Below the pieces are notes generated by a model. The model worked only from the letters and a program-made list of their open reading frames with translations, did no database searches and was not told the DNA's origin. DNA of 64,000 nucleotides, taken from assembly GCA_013265495.1 (NCBI GenBank), contig MU057560.1, forward strand, positions 756,753-820,752, given 5' to 3'. Position 1 is the first letter of the stretch. Each line of letters begins with the position of its first letter. Positions 47,901 to 61,514 of this stretch are shown piece by piece. The translations under genes were made by a program, and so were the position numbers. The DNA is from Vicugna vicugna. Lineage: Eukaryota.

Positions 47901-49884
47901 TGCTCCTTCACAAGGAGCCTGTCTGGGTGGAAAAAACATGTACAAGTCAAGCTCATCAAGGGGATGCCTCCACAAAGTGTGCTGGTGCTGGGGGGGGGTT
48001 CCGCCACCAAGCAGGACGACGGGGGTCACGTGGTGCGTGGAGGTGGAGAGGAGATGTTCCCAAGTACCATTCGGATGGAGCCACGTGTGCCACTAGTGCG
48101 AAGGTCAGCCCCGTGGCCAAGGTCATGACTTCTGAGTATTTCCTTTGCTTTCTGGGCAAACCTGTCTAATCCTATCACCCTTATTTCATCTGAGCAACTG
48201 CCCCGTGATGGTTACTGTGTTATTATTATTGGTCCTTGTGTAGGGTCATAGAAATGCATTGTCTCTTCATCTGTTTGTTACCAGATTTTTAAGTGATATT
48301 TAACAGAGCACAAATGCTCTGTTTGAGGAAACTGGAGCTTTACTGGAAGATTTTCCCGTGCAGAACACTGGCTGGAATCGATGGATCTGCATTATTTGTA
48401 ATCTCTAGGGCTTTTCCCCCTGGCCTCACTTAACCGTCCCTTACATCAGGGATGTATCAGCAAGCCTGCACTTGCTGCTTGGCGTGACCTCAGCTGGACT
48501 ACCAAGGGAAAACTCTGGGAAGCACCCGTCGGCCAGAAATTAAAGGCTTGTCCGTCTGTGTCAGTTTTGGCCACTAGGTTTTCCCAAGCCCAGGGGAATG
48601 ATCTGAGATCCTAAAGACAGGAACACTTCCTTCTCCCTTCTTGGGCAGGAAGGAAACAGACCTTGGGAAGTTCCTAACAGACAATGGATTCTGGATTCTA
48701 GGTGTCCAGAGTGTGAGCCACTGGCTGGGCCACCTTCTAGACTCATCACATGCGTCATCTGTGACTCTAAGTCACCATGCAAGAAGGTCATTAGACCCAT
48801 CAGAGGCCAATGGACCGAGTCACTGACATGGAGCATGTCTGGCCCAAGATCAGAACATAGGCAAGTAGAAAATCGGGGGCTAAACTCAAGTTTCTCAAGT
48901 TTTTCTTTCCGTTTTTTTTTTTCATACTGACTCTGGGCAGGAACATAAGAAGACAGGTTAATCCAAACCTCCTGTTTCAGGAGCCCTATCCACGCTGGAA
49001 CATTCCATGTGAGGACCCTGTGTCTCGACTCTGATGGATGACAGTTGGGGTCAGGGACAGGGACGGCATCTCTGAGTTAGTGGCAGTACAGTAGCAGGGT
49101 TGGGGAGGTGCCAGGGTTTGTGGCTGACTTCTTGGTCTGAAATTACTACCACGGTCACCATGAGGGACCCTGGCTAACGGTCAGTCAATAAAGCCATGCA
49201 TGGACCTTCAGTTAGTTACTGGAGTGCGGAGGGATGTTTAGAAACTGGAGAAGAGCAGATGTTTCTTATAGTGCGAATTGCATCCATGTGAGAAGTTTAC
49301 AAGGAGTTCAGTGAAGTGCAGGATAAACTTGTGAAATATTTCCAGGCGTTTACTGGGGATTTATGACGTGCCTACTAAGTGCCAAGCGTGGCAGCAGATG
49401 TAAAGCGTAAGAGACATGGAGAAGACAAAGGTGTGATCCAGAGAGGCGTTACTGCGGAGGACGTCAGTGGGGTGTGTGCGGACACGGGGCAGTGGAGCAC
49501 AGGCAAAGTGCTTTCCCGGCAGAGGGGAGGGCGCTGGCACAGGCGCAGGGCGGCTTGATGAGATGCGGGAAAAGCTTGAATGCTTCGCACATGGAGGGGC
49601 ACACATGTCGGGAAGTGATGGAAACCACAGGCAGCCCGGGAGCAAGCTACAGTGCACACATGCTTGTCAGCCCGCCTCTGGCATCCCATCGGCTGAACTC
49701 CCATTGGTTGAAGCAAATCACGTGCTAAGCTCAGATTTAAGGGCTAGGAAAACAGGCATCACCTCGCCGGGGAGTCCCTGCAGAGTCACACTGCGAAGGG
49801 CCTTCAGCAGAGGAAGGCAGGGGTCCAGGACCAGTCTTTGTGGTCAGCCTTAGGCGATGAGCTCCCGCCCTGCCCGGCTGAGCG

Positions 49885-50068
49885 CCCTGCAGTGATGGGC
49901 GTGTTCTGTCGTGAACTGTCCAGGGCAGCAGCCCTAGCCACGTGAAGCCGCCGAGCACTTGAAAAATGGCCTCAGTAACTAGGGATCTGAATATTAACTG
50001 GACTCAGTTATAATGAATTACATTCAAATAGCCACACTGGCTAATGGTTACTGTATTAGAGAGTACAC
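49885..50068. mobile_element. MER3-like hAT (Charlie) DNA transposon
   Basis: CTGTCCAGGGCAGCAGCCCTAGCCACGTGAAGC...GAGCACTTGAAAAATGG...AAATAGCCACACTGGCTAATGGTTACTGTATTAGAGAG. Confidence 0.7.
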
Positions 50069-52629
50069 AACACATTTCCAATGCTTTTGACGGAGTCCAG
50101 TTTACAAAACCTCTATTTTCGTTTCCCCTGGTGTTAATCTGAGCACGGACGCAGTTTGCTTAAGCATCACCAGCAAAAGACAGCCCCTTTCGACGACGTG
50201 CCAGGCCCTTCTGACGTTCTCTGTCCTCGAGAATGGTTGTACCTCCTTGAAGCTTCTGGCAAGGGCAGTCGTCTCACGCCGAGTCTCCTTATATCTCAAG
50301 GTGAACCCTGAGCTGGTGTCCAGGAGACAGATGGCCAGCTTCAAGGGCCAAACGCATCTCTCCGAGGGCTGCCTTGGGGCTTAATACAAAGCCTCGGGGT
50401 TCTCCCCCGGGGGCAGCCCAGAAACGTGGAGGGCAAGGGTGCCACCACCTCCGGGGGCAGCGTTCCGCTGCTGGGGCCTCGAATCAGCAGATAGATGCGG
50501 TAGCCTCCCCACTATGGGGGCAAGTCTGAGACGCCTTCTCTCTGGCTCCTCAGAGCATTCTCAGTCTGTCCTCAGTTCCAGGCTGCCTCCATCACTGCCT
50601 GTCTCCCTTTCCCCGTTTTCCTCTGACTTCCCGTCACTTTGACTTCCTGGGATTGACTCCCAGGTAAGCGCCCTGCAGCCGAGGTTTTGTGTAACGCGCT
50701 ACTTTCGGGAACCCCAGAGCTGTTTCCGCACAGAGAGATGGTGGCCTCCAGAAAAGTTCAGATTTGGGCAGAAGATCGTGAGTTCAATTTGGGGCATATG
50801 AAGTCCAAACAGTTAGACACTCAAGAACTATTTACTAAAAAACCGGACGAGTGAAGTCAGCCCATGTCCTTGCTTCTTATCATCTCCCATGTGAAGAGGA
50901 AGACGCGATACTTACCAGCCAGGTAACCAGAATTGAGTGAAATCTATCACATTCAAATTCGAAACGCTCTGTGGTTCTGTGAAGGTCAAGTAATGTAACG
51001 CACCTTACAGACAACCAGGTAAATGATTTGTCCAAAGCGGCCCTTGGACGTGGTCACGCTTTCTGCTGCTCGTGCAGCGGATGGTGCTGCTTCTCCTGCA
51101 GAGCAAACGTTCGTTCCTCGTCCTCTAAATTGCATCCAATGCGGCTGGGTGTATAATGGAGCAAGAAGGGAACGTTCCAGGTGTGCAGATTATCAGGTTA
51201 TCAACTAAGAAATCACGTTCCGTGCCTAGACTAATAATATTTTCAGACGTTCTCTTATTTAACCTTCCAAAGACTGTGCGACCTACGTGTCTCATTCTCC
51301 GCATGCTGTTCATCAAAAATTGAGAACTAGAGAAGTGCATTCCATTGTCCAACATCAAATATTAAGAGGTGGCAAAGACAGGACTTGGGCCCAAGTCCTA
51401 TGAACTTAAATTCCACCTTCCACAAATTATACCTGACTTTCTAGAACCTCTGACCTAACATTTGAATGCATGTTTCAGCTCAAAGGACTCTCTAAAATCT
51501 GAGAACTTTCTATCACATACATTTAGTCTGCTTTGGCATTCTCCTTTCAAGAGCATCAAAATGAAACTCTGGCCTAACCCCCAAATAACCCCCCTTGGCT
51601 GTTTATTAATGCCAGAAATCTTAGAATTGCAGTTTTAAACTTCAGCTTAAGCCATTCAAGATATTTTTTTCCTTTTAGGTCATAACAGAAATTCTCCTAG
51701 GGCGCTTCCAAATCAGGCCAGATAACGCACTTTTATCTTAATGTGGTAGCTTACCACGTAAAACTCACACATCATCAACAGCTCTTTCTTACTTTGAGCT
51801 GTATTTTGTGGTTCTCCCAGCCCTCGTGTCTGCACTGCTGCTTCCTTCCAGATGCAGATCAGACTTGGAAAGAGCCCCACAGTGGGGTGGATCGCAGTCC
51901 CTGAGCGCTCACTGTGCACCGAAGACTGTGGCCCAGGCTTCACTTTTTGTCCCATTTAATTTTGCCAATGCCCCTCTCCGCCCCGCCACGTGTCTTGTTA
52001 GTGCTGTTTTTACAGACGGGGCACCAGACTCAGAGACTGGTGACACGTTTGCCACTGCACGGCCACTCAGGACGTAAACCCAAGTCCTCTTGTTTTCTGT
52101 GCAGGAGACCTGCTTTACAAAAGCCCCAGTTGGGAGAGTCCCAGAAGGGCTGGAACCACGGTGCTGTGAGTCCAGGTCCATCGGGCTGGCCCTATGAAAT
52201 CGCTGAGACTCCACCTTGTTTGACACGAGCACGTTTCACACGGCCCCACCGAAGTCCTCGCACTGCAGGGACCACGTTCCGTCTCCGGGTTCCTCGGGTC
52301 TGGATGGTGCTCACGCTGCCCACCTGCCCGGGGCTCTGTCTGCATCTCAGCTCCCGACTGGAGAGGCCAGCTGGACGCTGTGGATGAAAGAGCTGGTTAT
52401 CTCCCTGACGCTCTCACAAGGAGCTGCTGCTTCTCTTCCGTGTCTTACGTGCAGGTGCCTGGCTTTGCCACCACATTCTAGGTGCTCAAGCCCCGTGATT
52501 CTACTCGGACCTCCTTCCTGTATCCTGCCAATCCTGCTCTTCCCACTCGGGATGATGGACACAGCGCCCAGCCTCCACCTCCCTCGGCAGCGCGCCGTAG
52601 AAGGGGCTTCGGAATCACACAGACTTGGC

Positions 52630-53050
52630 TGTGCTCAGGTAGACTCCCCGAGGAGCAGCCCCTGAAACAAAGATTTGAGTGTAAAGTTCATTTGGGGAAT
52701 TATTCTACAAATGAGACAGAGATGGGAGGAGAGAACTAGAAAAGTGCATTCTTTTCTGTTTGTCATCAAACAAGTATGACTAGTGTTAACTCGGTCCTTC
52801 TGGAGAAGTCTGCAAGCTGATGTGGACCACATGCCCTGGGGTTCACAGAGCAGGGGGCGCGGGCGCTGGGAGGTGCAGTCAGTTGCCAGGCGATGTCCGT
52901 CCCCGGGCACGGCGCCCCGCCTGTGGGAAGACACGGTGGGCTTTGGTGGCCAGGAAAAAGCCACAGGCCAAAAACCTCAGGTCCCAGCAGCTAGAACTTG
53001 GCCAAACTTGCACTGGACTAACCAGGGGTGGGGGACACAGAAGGGGTGCT
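52630..53050 (-). mobile_element. ERVL LTR fragment (LTR16-like)
   Basis: GAGCAGCCCCTGAAACAAAGATTTGAGTGTAAAGTTCATTTGGGGA resembles the reverse of the LTR16-family 3' end. Confidence 0.45.
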
Positions 53051-53989
53051 AACACTGGTTTGAGTTTAAACTTCAGCTTTACGTGGCCTTGGGCAACTTT
53101 TTAACAACTCAGACCTTCAGCGTGTTAGGACAGCTGTGACATAGTGATACTTCACTAATGGGAGTGAGGAGTGAAACCGTGGCCGCTGGTCTACGTGAAC
53201 TAGAGATGCATAAAGCCACATGTTTTATTGGAAACACATTTTATCCCATTGGGGCCAAGCCTTTTCCCTATGTCTGAATTTTATTCCAGAAGTCTGTGAG
53301 GGGCAATCCTAGGTTCTTCCTTAACGGTGAAGTCGTTAGCACTTTCCGCTTAGAGAGTGCTTCCTGGCTCCGGATCAGCAGCGAAGCCATGAGGTATCTT
53401 GTTTTTGTTTGTTTGCCTTCTGTTTGGGTGTTTACCTTTCTTCCTGGCGTAAACCATGGCTTGCCTTCAACAACTGGGTCTTTGTAAAGCCCGTGTGTCT
53501 GGATCTTGTTTGGGGCTAATAATTTTTCAAGACTGTTTGCTGCTGTCTCAGAAGTGACCTGAGATATAGACAGCAGGACCACAAAGATAAAAAGGTCTTG
53601 ATGGATTTAATTTAGGAAGAGACTGGGCTTGAATTCAGCCAATATGGAGCCCTTGATCTCCGTATGGGGAATGGGAGTGACCTGGGGCCCTGGGGCAGGG
53701 ATGGGTGACCTCCGTGAAGACGCGGTCAGATGGCCATCCTCTCCCCAGACAGACTCCCAGGGGCAGGTGCTCTCCTGGCTTCCTGCCTCTCTCCAGCAGC
53801 GACCAGCCACCGTCCAGATTCATCTTGGTAGTGGAGGAATTGAGCAAACGTCAGGGGCCTGGCCTACACCCATCAGAAGCAGTGGGTTGCAGTTGAGAGG
53901 GATTTAGACCAGGAGTTTGTTTGGTTTGATCTGGGCAGATTTAGCATTTTGCAACTTCCAAGCAATTTGATCTTTGGATCTGGTCCAGA

Positions 53990-54180
53990 CTTTGAAGCGA
54001 GACAGACCTTTTGCTCAAATCCCAGCTCTGCCTCTCACAAGTTGAGCAAGATAACGAATCTCCCTGTCTCCATTTTTATATAAAAGGAGAGCAAAAAATA
54101 TCTACTTTACAGGATTACTGTGAGGCTTAGAAATAAGCCTTGTAAAATTCTTGGCATGGAATCTGTGCTCAATAAGTAAC
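53990..54180 (+). mobile_element. MIR SINE
   Basis: TCAAATCCCAGCTCTGCCTCTCAC...ATCTACTTTACAGGATTACTGTGAGGCTTAG...GTGCTCAATAAGT. Confidence 0.75.
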
Positions 54181-56062
54181 AGACGTCTCTGTGCCTTTCA
54201 GACATTTTTGGTTGGATGGCCCATTATCGCTTTAAACACAACAAGTCAAAATCAAATTTGTGTACTTCTTTCCTAAACAGATTTCTCGTCTGATTTTCCT
54301 TTTCCTGATACTTTCCCTACAGTGTTTCCATCTTCCGTCCTGCGTAAACTTGGCTCTTACTGTCCCTTCTTGCAGCCCCGTCCATTTAGTAAGTTGCAAA
54401 GCTACACATCAACAAACCGAAATGATGGAGGTTCACTAGGGCTCTTCCCATCCCGCCTCGCGGCCACGCCGCTGCCTCCGTAACTAGCTAGGACATCACA
54501 TCCGTCACATCCCTGCGTGGAGCCGCCCTCCATCGCTTCACCTGACGTTCGGCGTTATCTTCAGGACCAGCGGTTCTCATGTTTGCCAGGCGCCATGCAG
54601 TGAGTGTGGATTTTACAGAAGCAAATGCCGTGATGGAGACTAGAATTGAGTTCACAACTCTTTACTGAGAAGCCAAAGCAGGATGGGGTAAGTCTACCAG
54701 GTGATGAGGGTAAGAGGGAAGAAATGAGGGTGAGAGAGGAGTCCCGAGGTCTCCTGAGGAGACAGGGTCTGGGACGGGCAGGAAATGTGCATGAGAAGCT
54801 GTGTTTCTCCTGCCCAGAATTCATGCCTCTTTTCCCCTCTGGCCACAAGACCCTGGATTTCCCTTGGGGACCATGACTGCGTCACAGATGGCAGCTCAGA
54901 CAGGTCTGCAGAGGGAGCCCCGGACCCGACCAACCAGCGTGGAAATTCCCTCCGGGTGACAGTGATTACTCAGTTCTGAACATGTGCTCCAAGACTCGTG
55001 GGGTGGTCTGCTGGAAAGATGTTGCGCTTCCACTCATCCTCAACCTCAGATCATCTTGCCATCTTGCCTCTGCGCAGAAACTGAAAGTGAAGCCAGCGCA
55101 GAGGGAAGCGGGGCTGAGAGATGAAGATGCGCTGGGCCGATGACACCGCCGAGCCTCCGGATCAGGGCTACCTCAGGACACAGCCCTGTTTTACCTAAGC
55201 CAGTAATTCCAGCTTTCTGTCCCAACCTCTCAAATTCCCATACTGACACGCCAAAAAGCCGTGGAAGTTCTGATGATGGCTCTAGTGCGTGAGGCGCTGT
55301 ATCTCACCCCTGCGCGCTTGTGAAGAACCCCCGCGCTCTCTGTGGGTGCTTTACGCAGGTGCACGAGTTCACTGTGCCATATCTGCACGAGAGCATCTCT
55401 CCTCTTGCTGCCATGGCCACCGTCCTTGGTCAGAGAGGGTCACTCATTGAACCAGGAACAAATAGACCGTGTCCAACTGTGGTTGTAGCCTTTACTCATT
55501 TCTGTTGTCTCCATCAGAACCTCCTCTTGCTTTCCCCTCCAAAACCAACCAGCCCTTCAGAGCTCAGGTTAACTGCATCTTTTTTTATAAGTTTGATGGA
55601 GTGGCATCTCTTGATAGTATATGAAATCTGTAGTTTCCCTGATCACCTCCTCTGAATTACCAAAATGTTTGTTCTTCCTTCATGTCTCCAAGACCACACT
55701 TCTACCTGGGGTCCAGGTGCTGTTGTTCCACCACCTCTCCTGTAAGCATCTGCTGTCCCCAGTCAGATGACAAGCTCCTTCAGAGCACAGCCCGTCTGGC
55801 ATCGTTCAGGTGGGTGAGGGTAAGTGCCCATCAGAGAGGCTCAGCGCTTTCCTAGAGCAGCTAGAAGAGAGTGTCTGTTCAAAGGTGCACCTTGTTCCAA
55901 TATTAAAGGATGATCCAATCATTTATAATTTTGTAAACCATAATCATACACGCTGCTTTCCTTTTAAGCAGTGTGTTTTGAAACACTCATGTTCTATCAG
56001 CTGTGTCTAGAGCTGTGCTGATGGCAATTATTTTTTCTCAGCCGTCTTTCTCTCCCTCTCCC

Positions 56063-56164
56063 CACACACCACACACCCCCCCACACACACACCCCCCACA
56101 CACATACCCACACACACAACACACACACAACACACACAACACACACACACACAACACACACACA
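56063..56164. repeat. Imperfect (CA)n microsatellite
   Basis: CACACCACACACCCCCCCACACACAC...ACACACACACACAACACACACACA. Confidence 0.95.
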
Positions 56165-56995
56165 TGGAGTTGATTATTTGATGGAGAGCTTTTCCTCTAT
56201 TTCAGAGTTTATGCCAATCATTTTTTGAAGGCTTAACTGCTAATAAGTCCAGTCTAAAACCAAATTTTGAGGAGCCAAAAAATATTCATCAGAACACTCA
56301 AGACCAGATGATTATACTTGGTTTCCCTGGGTTTGGGGATGCACGTTCCCATGGATGAAATACCGTGTCACATGCACACAAGACAGGCATCCCTTTGGTC
56401 ATGGCGTTGCTTCCCCTTGTGCAACAGGATGGAGTCTGAATGGACGCCATGATGTACTAAGAGGGGTGCTGTGACTTTCAGGGGCTCCGGTAACCGAGGG
56501 AGCCTGAGCGCCCTTGCTCCAGACTGAGCAAGCTTGATCTTCACGGTGGAGGCACAGGGGGGCTGTGATGAGCTTGAGCAATGACCCACGGCCAAAAGGA
56601 GTTTTCATGTGAAATGTGAATAGTGAAGAGGCAGCTATCCATGACTGTGTGACTCAAGCCCATTTCCTTATGGACTGATCCGTTGCGCAGCGTCTCTGTT
56701 CTTAGAGTGTTTTCCATCTCTGCACAGACTTACTCAAGAAAGAGTATAGTGATTATAAGCCCAAACCTTGATGGTTTGAGGCTGAGTTAGAAGCATATTG
56801 TAGCCATTATTTCCTGAGAAACACTTCTCTCGGGCTATGAGAGTAATCCTGGCAGGAAAACGTCTCCTCCGAGCTCTTCTCCATCACCTGCTTGGTTTTG
56901 ACAAGTATCTGTATTAATGAACTTATATGTCCTGACTTTCCTTCAGGTTTTCAAAGAGTAGAGAAAGGATCACTTCTTCATTTCTTCAGACTGTG

Positions 56996-57344
56996 TGTTA
57001 TAGACTGAATATTTGTGTCCCTTCAAAAATCACGTGTTAAAACCTAACCACCAAAGTGATGTGCCAGGAGGTGGGGTCTTTGGAAGGTGAGGAGGCCACG
57101 AGGGGGGAGTGGGATCAGTGCCCTCGAGAGGGAGGCTCCAGAATGTGCTCCCGAGTCCTCTCTCTGCTGTGTGTGCGTCCCCATGGGAAGACAGCTGTCT
57201 GTGACCCAGGAAGGGGACCCTCACCACTGTCAGCGCCCTGATCTGCTACTTCCCAGCCTCCAGAATGGTGAGAAATAAGTGTGTGTTGTTTGAGCTGCCT
57301 AAGCGGTGGCATTTTTGTTACAGCATCCTGCCTGGACTGAGACG
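56996..57344 (+). mobile_element. MLT1A-type MaLR solo LTR
   Basis: TGTTATAGACTGAATATTTGTGTCCC...CCAGCCTCCAGAATGGTGAGAAATAAGTGTGTGTTGTTTGAGC...GGACTGAGACG. Confidence 0.88.
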
Positions 57345-57929
57345 CACATTTATACTCTTGGGTGTGATGGAATCAAACGTGACCAGACAGTCTTGCAGAG
57401 CACGGAACCCCTCCTGGGCCCGACCGTGGCTGTGTATGAGCTGAGTTGGACTCCTTGGGTTTCCCTAAGGAGAAGACAACATGCAGATCCTAGAAGGACC
57501 CAGCAGCTCTCCGGGGCGGGTGTGCACAGGACATCTCAGCAGGTTTCCTGGATCAGGACTGAGGCAGAGTGATTACTGTCAAGGATTTATCTTTCCCTCA
57601 CGGCGTTATCATCCTGAGTCCCAGTGCATCTGTGTGTGCAAACAAACAAAATGTGGGAAACTTGGAGCCGGGTCTTGAGTGAACACATCCTGTTTTTTTT
57701 CTTACAATGGGGAAACACCCCGAACATGAAAATTTGTCGTCATGCTGTTCCAATAACAATGATTCAGTCTCAGGGTTTTAAAGGCAGAAGCTAATCACCC
57801 AGGAGTGTGAAAGAAACTTCTTTCCTACAGCAACCCAAACACAGAGGGTCACCAACAAAGAAAAGAGTCCTTCTTCGTCACTAATTGCTCATTCATTCAT
57901 TCAACAAACATTTCTCAAGCACTCATTAA

Positions 57930-58028
57930 GTTTTTTTTAATTGAAGTACAGTCAGTTACAACGTGTCAGTTGCTGGTGTCCAGCACAGTGTCCCCGTCAT
58001 GCGTATATGTATATATGTTTATTTTCAC
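57930..58028 (-). mobile_element. Very short LINE-1 3' end (camelid type) next to an L2 tail
   Basis: TTTTTTTTAATTGAAGTACAGTCAGTTACAACGTGTCAGTTGCTGGTGTCCAGCAC; upstream CATTCATTCATTCAACAAACATTT is a reverse L2 tail. Confidence 0.75.
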
Positions 58029-59081
58029 TACTTCAGCCACGATTCTGAGCGGAAGGACAGGGTCAGGCAAACAAGAAAACAAGTTCGCCCAGGATAGAAA
58101 TGTTTTGTTCAGGAGTGTGTTTCTAGCCCTGCACCCCACAAGATACAGAAGGACAGACACCTGAAAAAGCAATGGCTTCTTTTTATGAGTTTAGGGGAGG
58201 GGGATCTATCCATGGTCTATTAAATAATTTTCTTCTCAGTGCAATAAATGCTTAGAATACTTGTCTCACCTAGAATTTTTTTTTTCAGTTTTTGTGTTTT
58301 GATGGTGGGCTTTTGCTTTGGGTTGTCTTTTAATATCAAGGGAGCCTTTGTTTGTTGTGCTGGGTGGTTTGCTGGTGGCTAGTTCTCATTGTGCACCTAA
58401 ATGAATTCCAGCAGAATATGAGGTCTGAGCTAGTTTTTCCTTCCCCTTCTACGGCTGATCTTTATTAGCCTCTAAGCTTGTGTCATTCATTTTAAAGTCA
58501 TTAGTTAAAATAAAAAACAGAACCATGTTGGTTTGAAAGCAAACAGAATTGTTTCATGTAAGATCCTCAGCAAACTCCTTGGTTGCCAGCTGCCCGGAAT
58601 AGCAGACCTGGAGCCCCCGGGCAAAACCTGCTTTTGCACACGACACTTATTTTGGTTCCTCTGGAGTCAGATAGAAAGAAAAAGAAGAGAGCAGAGCCCC
58701 TCCTGAATGTTTAGTTTTTCTGAAAACCATGCTATTTTTTCCCCCAAATCACATCATTTATCTACAGCCTGCTTGTAGAACAAAAATATTGCAGTATTTA
58801 AATTTCAGCCATTGCATACTGGCATCCAAACAATTTAGTTCTCACCACTTTTCACACCACAGTGTATCCATTGTCTATCTGACCTTAATGACTGAAAATT
58901 AATAATAATAAACATTTCTGTGTTATTACCCATCTTCCCATTCTATAGGAGGAAATTGATAAAAAGGGAAGGCAGGGCTAGCGTGGCCATGACAACCGAG
59001 TCAGCGCGGGTGAAGTCAGGCCTCGGAGCCGTGCTCCCTGCCCACCACGCCTGTCCGCACTGGGCGTCGGAGTGTCCCTTC

Positions 59082-59538
59082 TGTAACGCTTGCAGGGACA
59101 TACCCCTCCCCCATGTCCTCTGCTGCAGCTCTTCTCTGAAGGACCCAGACCGTAGTATCTCATGCTTATTTCCTGAGTTTTTCCGATGCTTCAAACCACC
59201 ACCAAAGGGGAGAAATGAGCTACTTGATGCCGGAGAGCACGTGGCCCCCAGGCCTTCTGGTGCCCCGGGGTCGACAGTGTTGAACGCCCTGTTCCCTCAC
59301 CATCAGCCAGTCAGAATCGTGCACAGCTGATCACCTACCCTGTGACCCCGCCTTTCCTTATCTGGCCTTTGAAAATGCTTTGCTGAAACCCTTCAGGGAG
59401 TTCGGGGTTTTCTTGGACACGAGCCACCCCATCCTCCTTGCTCGGTCCTGCAACAAACCTTTCTCTGCTCCAAACACTGACATTTCAGTTTGCTTGGCCT
59501 CAGGGTGCAGCGGGCACGCAGACTTGCCTCCGGTAGCA
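59082..59538 (+). mobile_element. Solo ERV1-type LTR with 4-bp TSD
   Basis: TGTAAC...CGGTAGCA flanked by CTTC (59078-59081 and 59539-59542); CTTTGAAAATGCTTTGCTGAAACCCTTCAGGGAGTTCGGG and CAACAAACCTTTCTCTGCTCC as degenerate TATA/poly(A) region. Confidence 0.85.
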
Positions 59539-61379
59539 CTTCTGCAGGGGAAAGCGGGACTCTACATGGTTCTGAAACAAGACCAGTTTTGCCCACAAAT
59601 GAAGGAAGCCCCTGCACTGATCTCGGCGCGGCTTCCCCTCAGCTTGCTGTGGAACGTGTGAGCTCGTGGCTGTGGAAACCTTTCTTACTGGAGCCCCCGG
59701 GACTTGCATATGATTGCTTAGGTCAACATGTCCTCAGGTTCCAGTTGGCCCTTCAGTGTCTCCTGTGCTCTGAACACCACCTCGGTCTTGTCACTATGAC
59801 AAGCCCTGCACCCCTGCTTGGAGCCAGGCTCCTCCATCAGGGTCACTCCGTCTGTCCTGCCTTCTCCCATCCTCCCGCACGAGTATTCGCTGGCCTGGTC
59901 CCCTGATGCTCAGACAATTTTCGGTGCATGAAACTTACAGTGCAGCTCACAACTGCCTCAGAATCTTCCACCTGTCACCATCCCTGACCGTGATAGTGAT
60001 GCCACGTTGTCAATGGCCCTCAATTCTGTAACACAAAGAAACGGCCTCTCTGTTCCCATTTCATCCTGAATGTTTAATTTAAATATGAAAAAGCTGTAGT
60101 TGAAGGGATGAAAAATAAAATCTCACAGTCACTGAGAGCTGGGAGGGTACTAGTATCTCTTAGACTGATGTTTCTGCATATTTCTTAGCAGGGAAAGTTT
60201 TCCACAAGAAACTTTGCGAGGACCCCCGCTTTGTGCAGTTGCTGCATGTGCCCCCTCTGCTGGGAGGGGCGTGGGGGAAGGCTGCATGTCGAGGGGCTGG
60301 CCTCATGCCCATCCGCCCTATTTTACTCCTAAAGGAAACTTCAGGCTCCTGGAAACAGGCTTTTAAAATCCACTGGTGTGGGACCACCTCCACATTTTAT
60401 GTTACAGCAAACAGAGGAGTTAAGCACAGAGTCCAAGATCCCCTAGCTGGCTGGTGACAGGACCAGCACCGAAACCCAGACCGCCGGGTGCTTCCAGCTG
60501 TGATGAACTGCCCCCGGTTCCTCTCCGGATATTCCTTCACTGTTAATGGCCACGGTAACGACTTCCTTTTCTCGCCTGTTCGTCTGCAGAAGCACCGCCC
60601 TGGGGCCTCCAGGCTCATGGCCCCTCCACATCGAACAAGATAAGCCCCAGCCCCCGGGCTCCGGCCTCGTGTCTAACACCAGCTCTGTGTTCAGCAAATG
60701 TGTTCTCGGTTCCGACCAGATGGTGCGTAGCTTTCTGTGGAAACTTCTGGGTGGTCTCCAGGAACTGCCTCCAACCAGACACTGCTCTCCAGTAGGCGGT
60801 CTGAGGGTTTCCCACGGCTGGAGAGAGGCGGCGGGCCCGGCCTCACCTGAGGCCGCGGGGCAGCTGCCGCGTGGGCACCGGGGCCGGACCTCCTCCTGGC
60901 TGGTGGCCTTGCAGGACTGCAAGTTCACGTTCTGTCCCTCCGGGAGGGAGGCTGTCAGTGCTCTGCGCGTCCACTCTGTTCCCAGGGGCCTGGCCGCGTC
61001 CATCTGCAGCCTCTGGAGTCCATTTCCCGGCTGCGGTCTGCGGCTGCCAGGCTGTTTCCAGTTGGAAGCTTCTTAAGTCTGGGCCATCTGGGTCGTTGCA
61101 GTTAGTAGAGCATCGACGCAGGACCGTGTAGGTGTGCGTGTTTCCGGAAATGCTTTCGAGTGGCAGTGAATGGAAGCACTTGCTGGCTGGAACCTGCTTC
61201 GGTCGCTTCTCATCCACAGTGTGAATTTAACTAGGTCCCAGGAGGGGCAGGCCAGTTTATCTTTGGAGTGAAATAGCCACATACAGCGAAAACACAGGCT
61301 GGAAGTGAAGAGACCTTGAATTTTAGCAACAACTCTAGCTTTCTCTCTGACGCCAACTTTCCGCCTCTACTTGGTGCGG

Positions 61380-61511
61380 CCAGTTACTGCACAGGACAGC
61401 CATGCTTAGACACACACAGAAGCGGATGCATGTTGTTCACCTGAAGTTCAGGTTTAACTCAGTGTCTTGCTTTTATTTATTTATTTATTTATTAGCTAAA
61501 TCTGGCCACCC
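61380..61511. mobile_element. MER53-like hAT DNA transposon fragment
   Basis: GTTGTTCACCTGAAGTTCAGGTTTAACTCAGTGTCTTG...GCTAAATCTGGCCACCC. Confidence 0.65.
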
Positions 61512-61514
61512 TGC

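Noticed and set aside
32561..59538. The two ERV1-type LTRs as paired ends of one provirus
   Set aside because: Their internal sequences differ, they are ~26 kb apart, the second has its own TSD, and no gag/pol/env remnants are recognisable between them
60397..61282. Cluster of 120-186 aa ORFs
   Set aside because: GC-rich overlapping ORFs on both strands without recognisable domains
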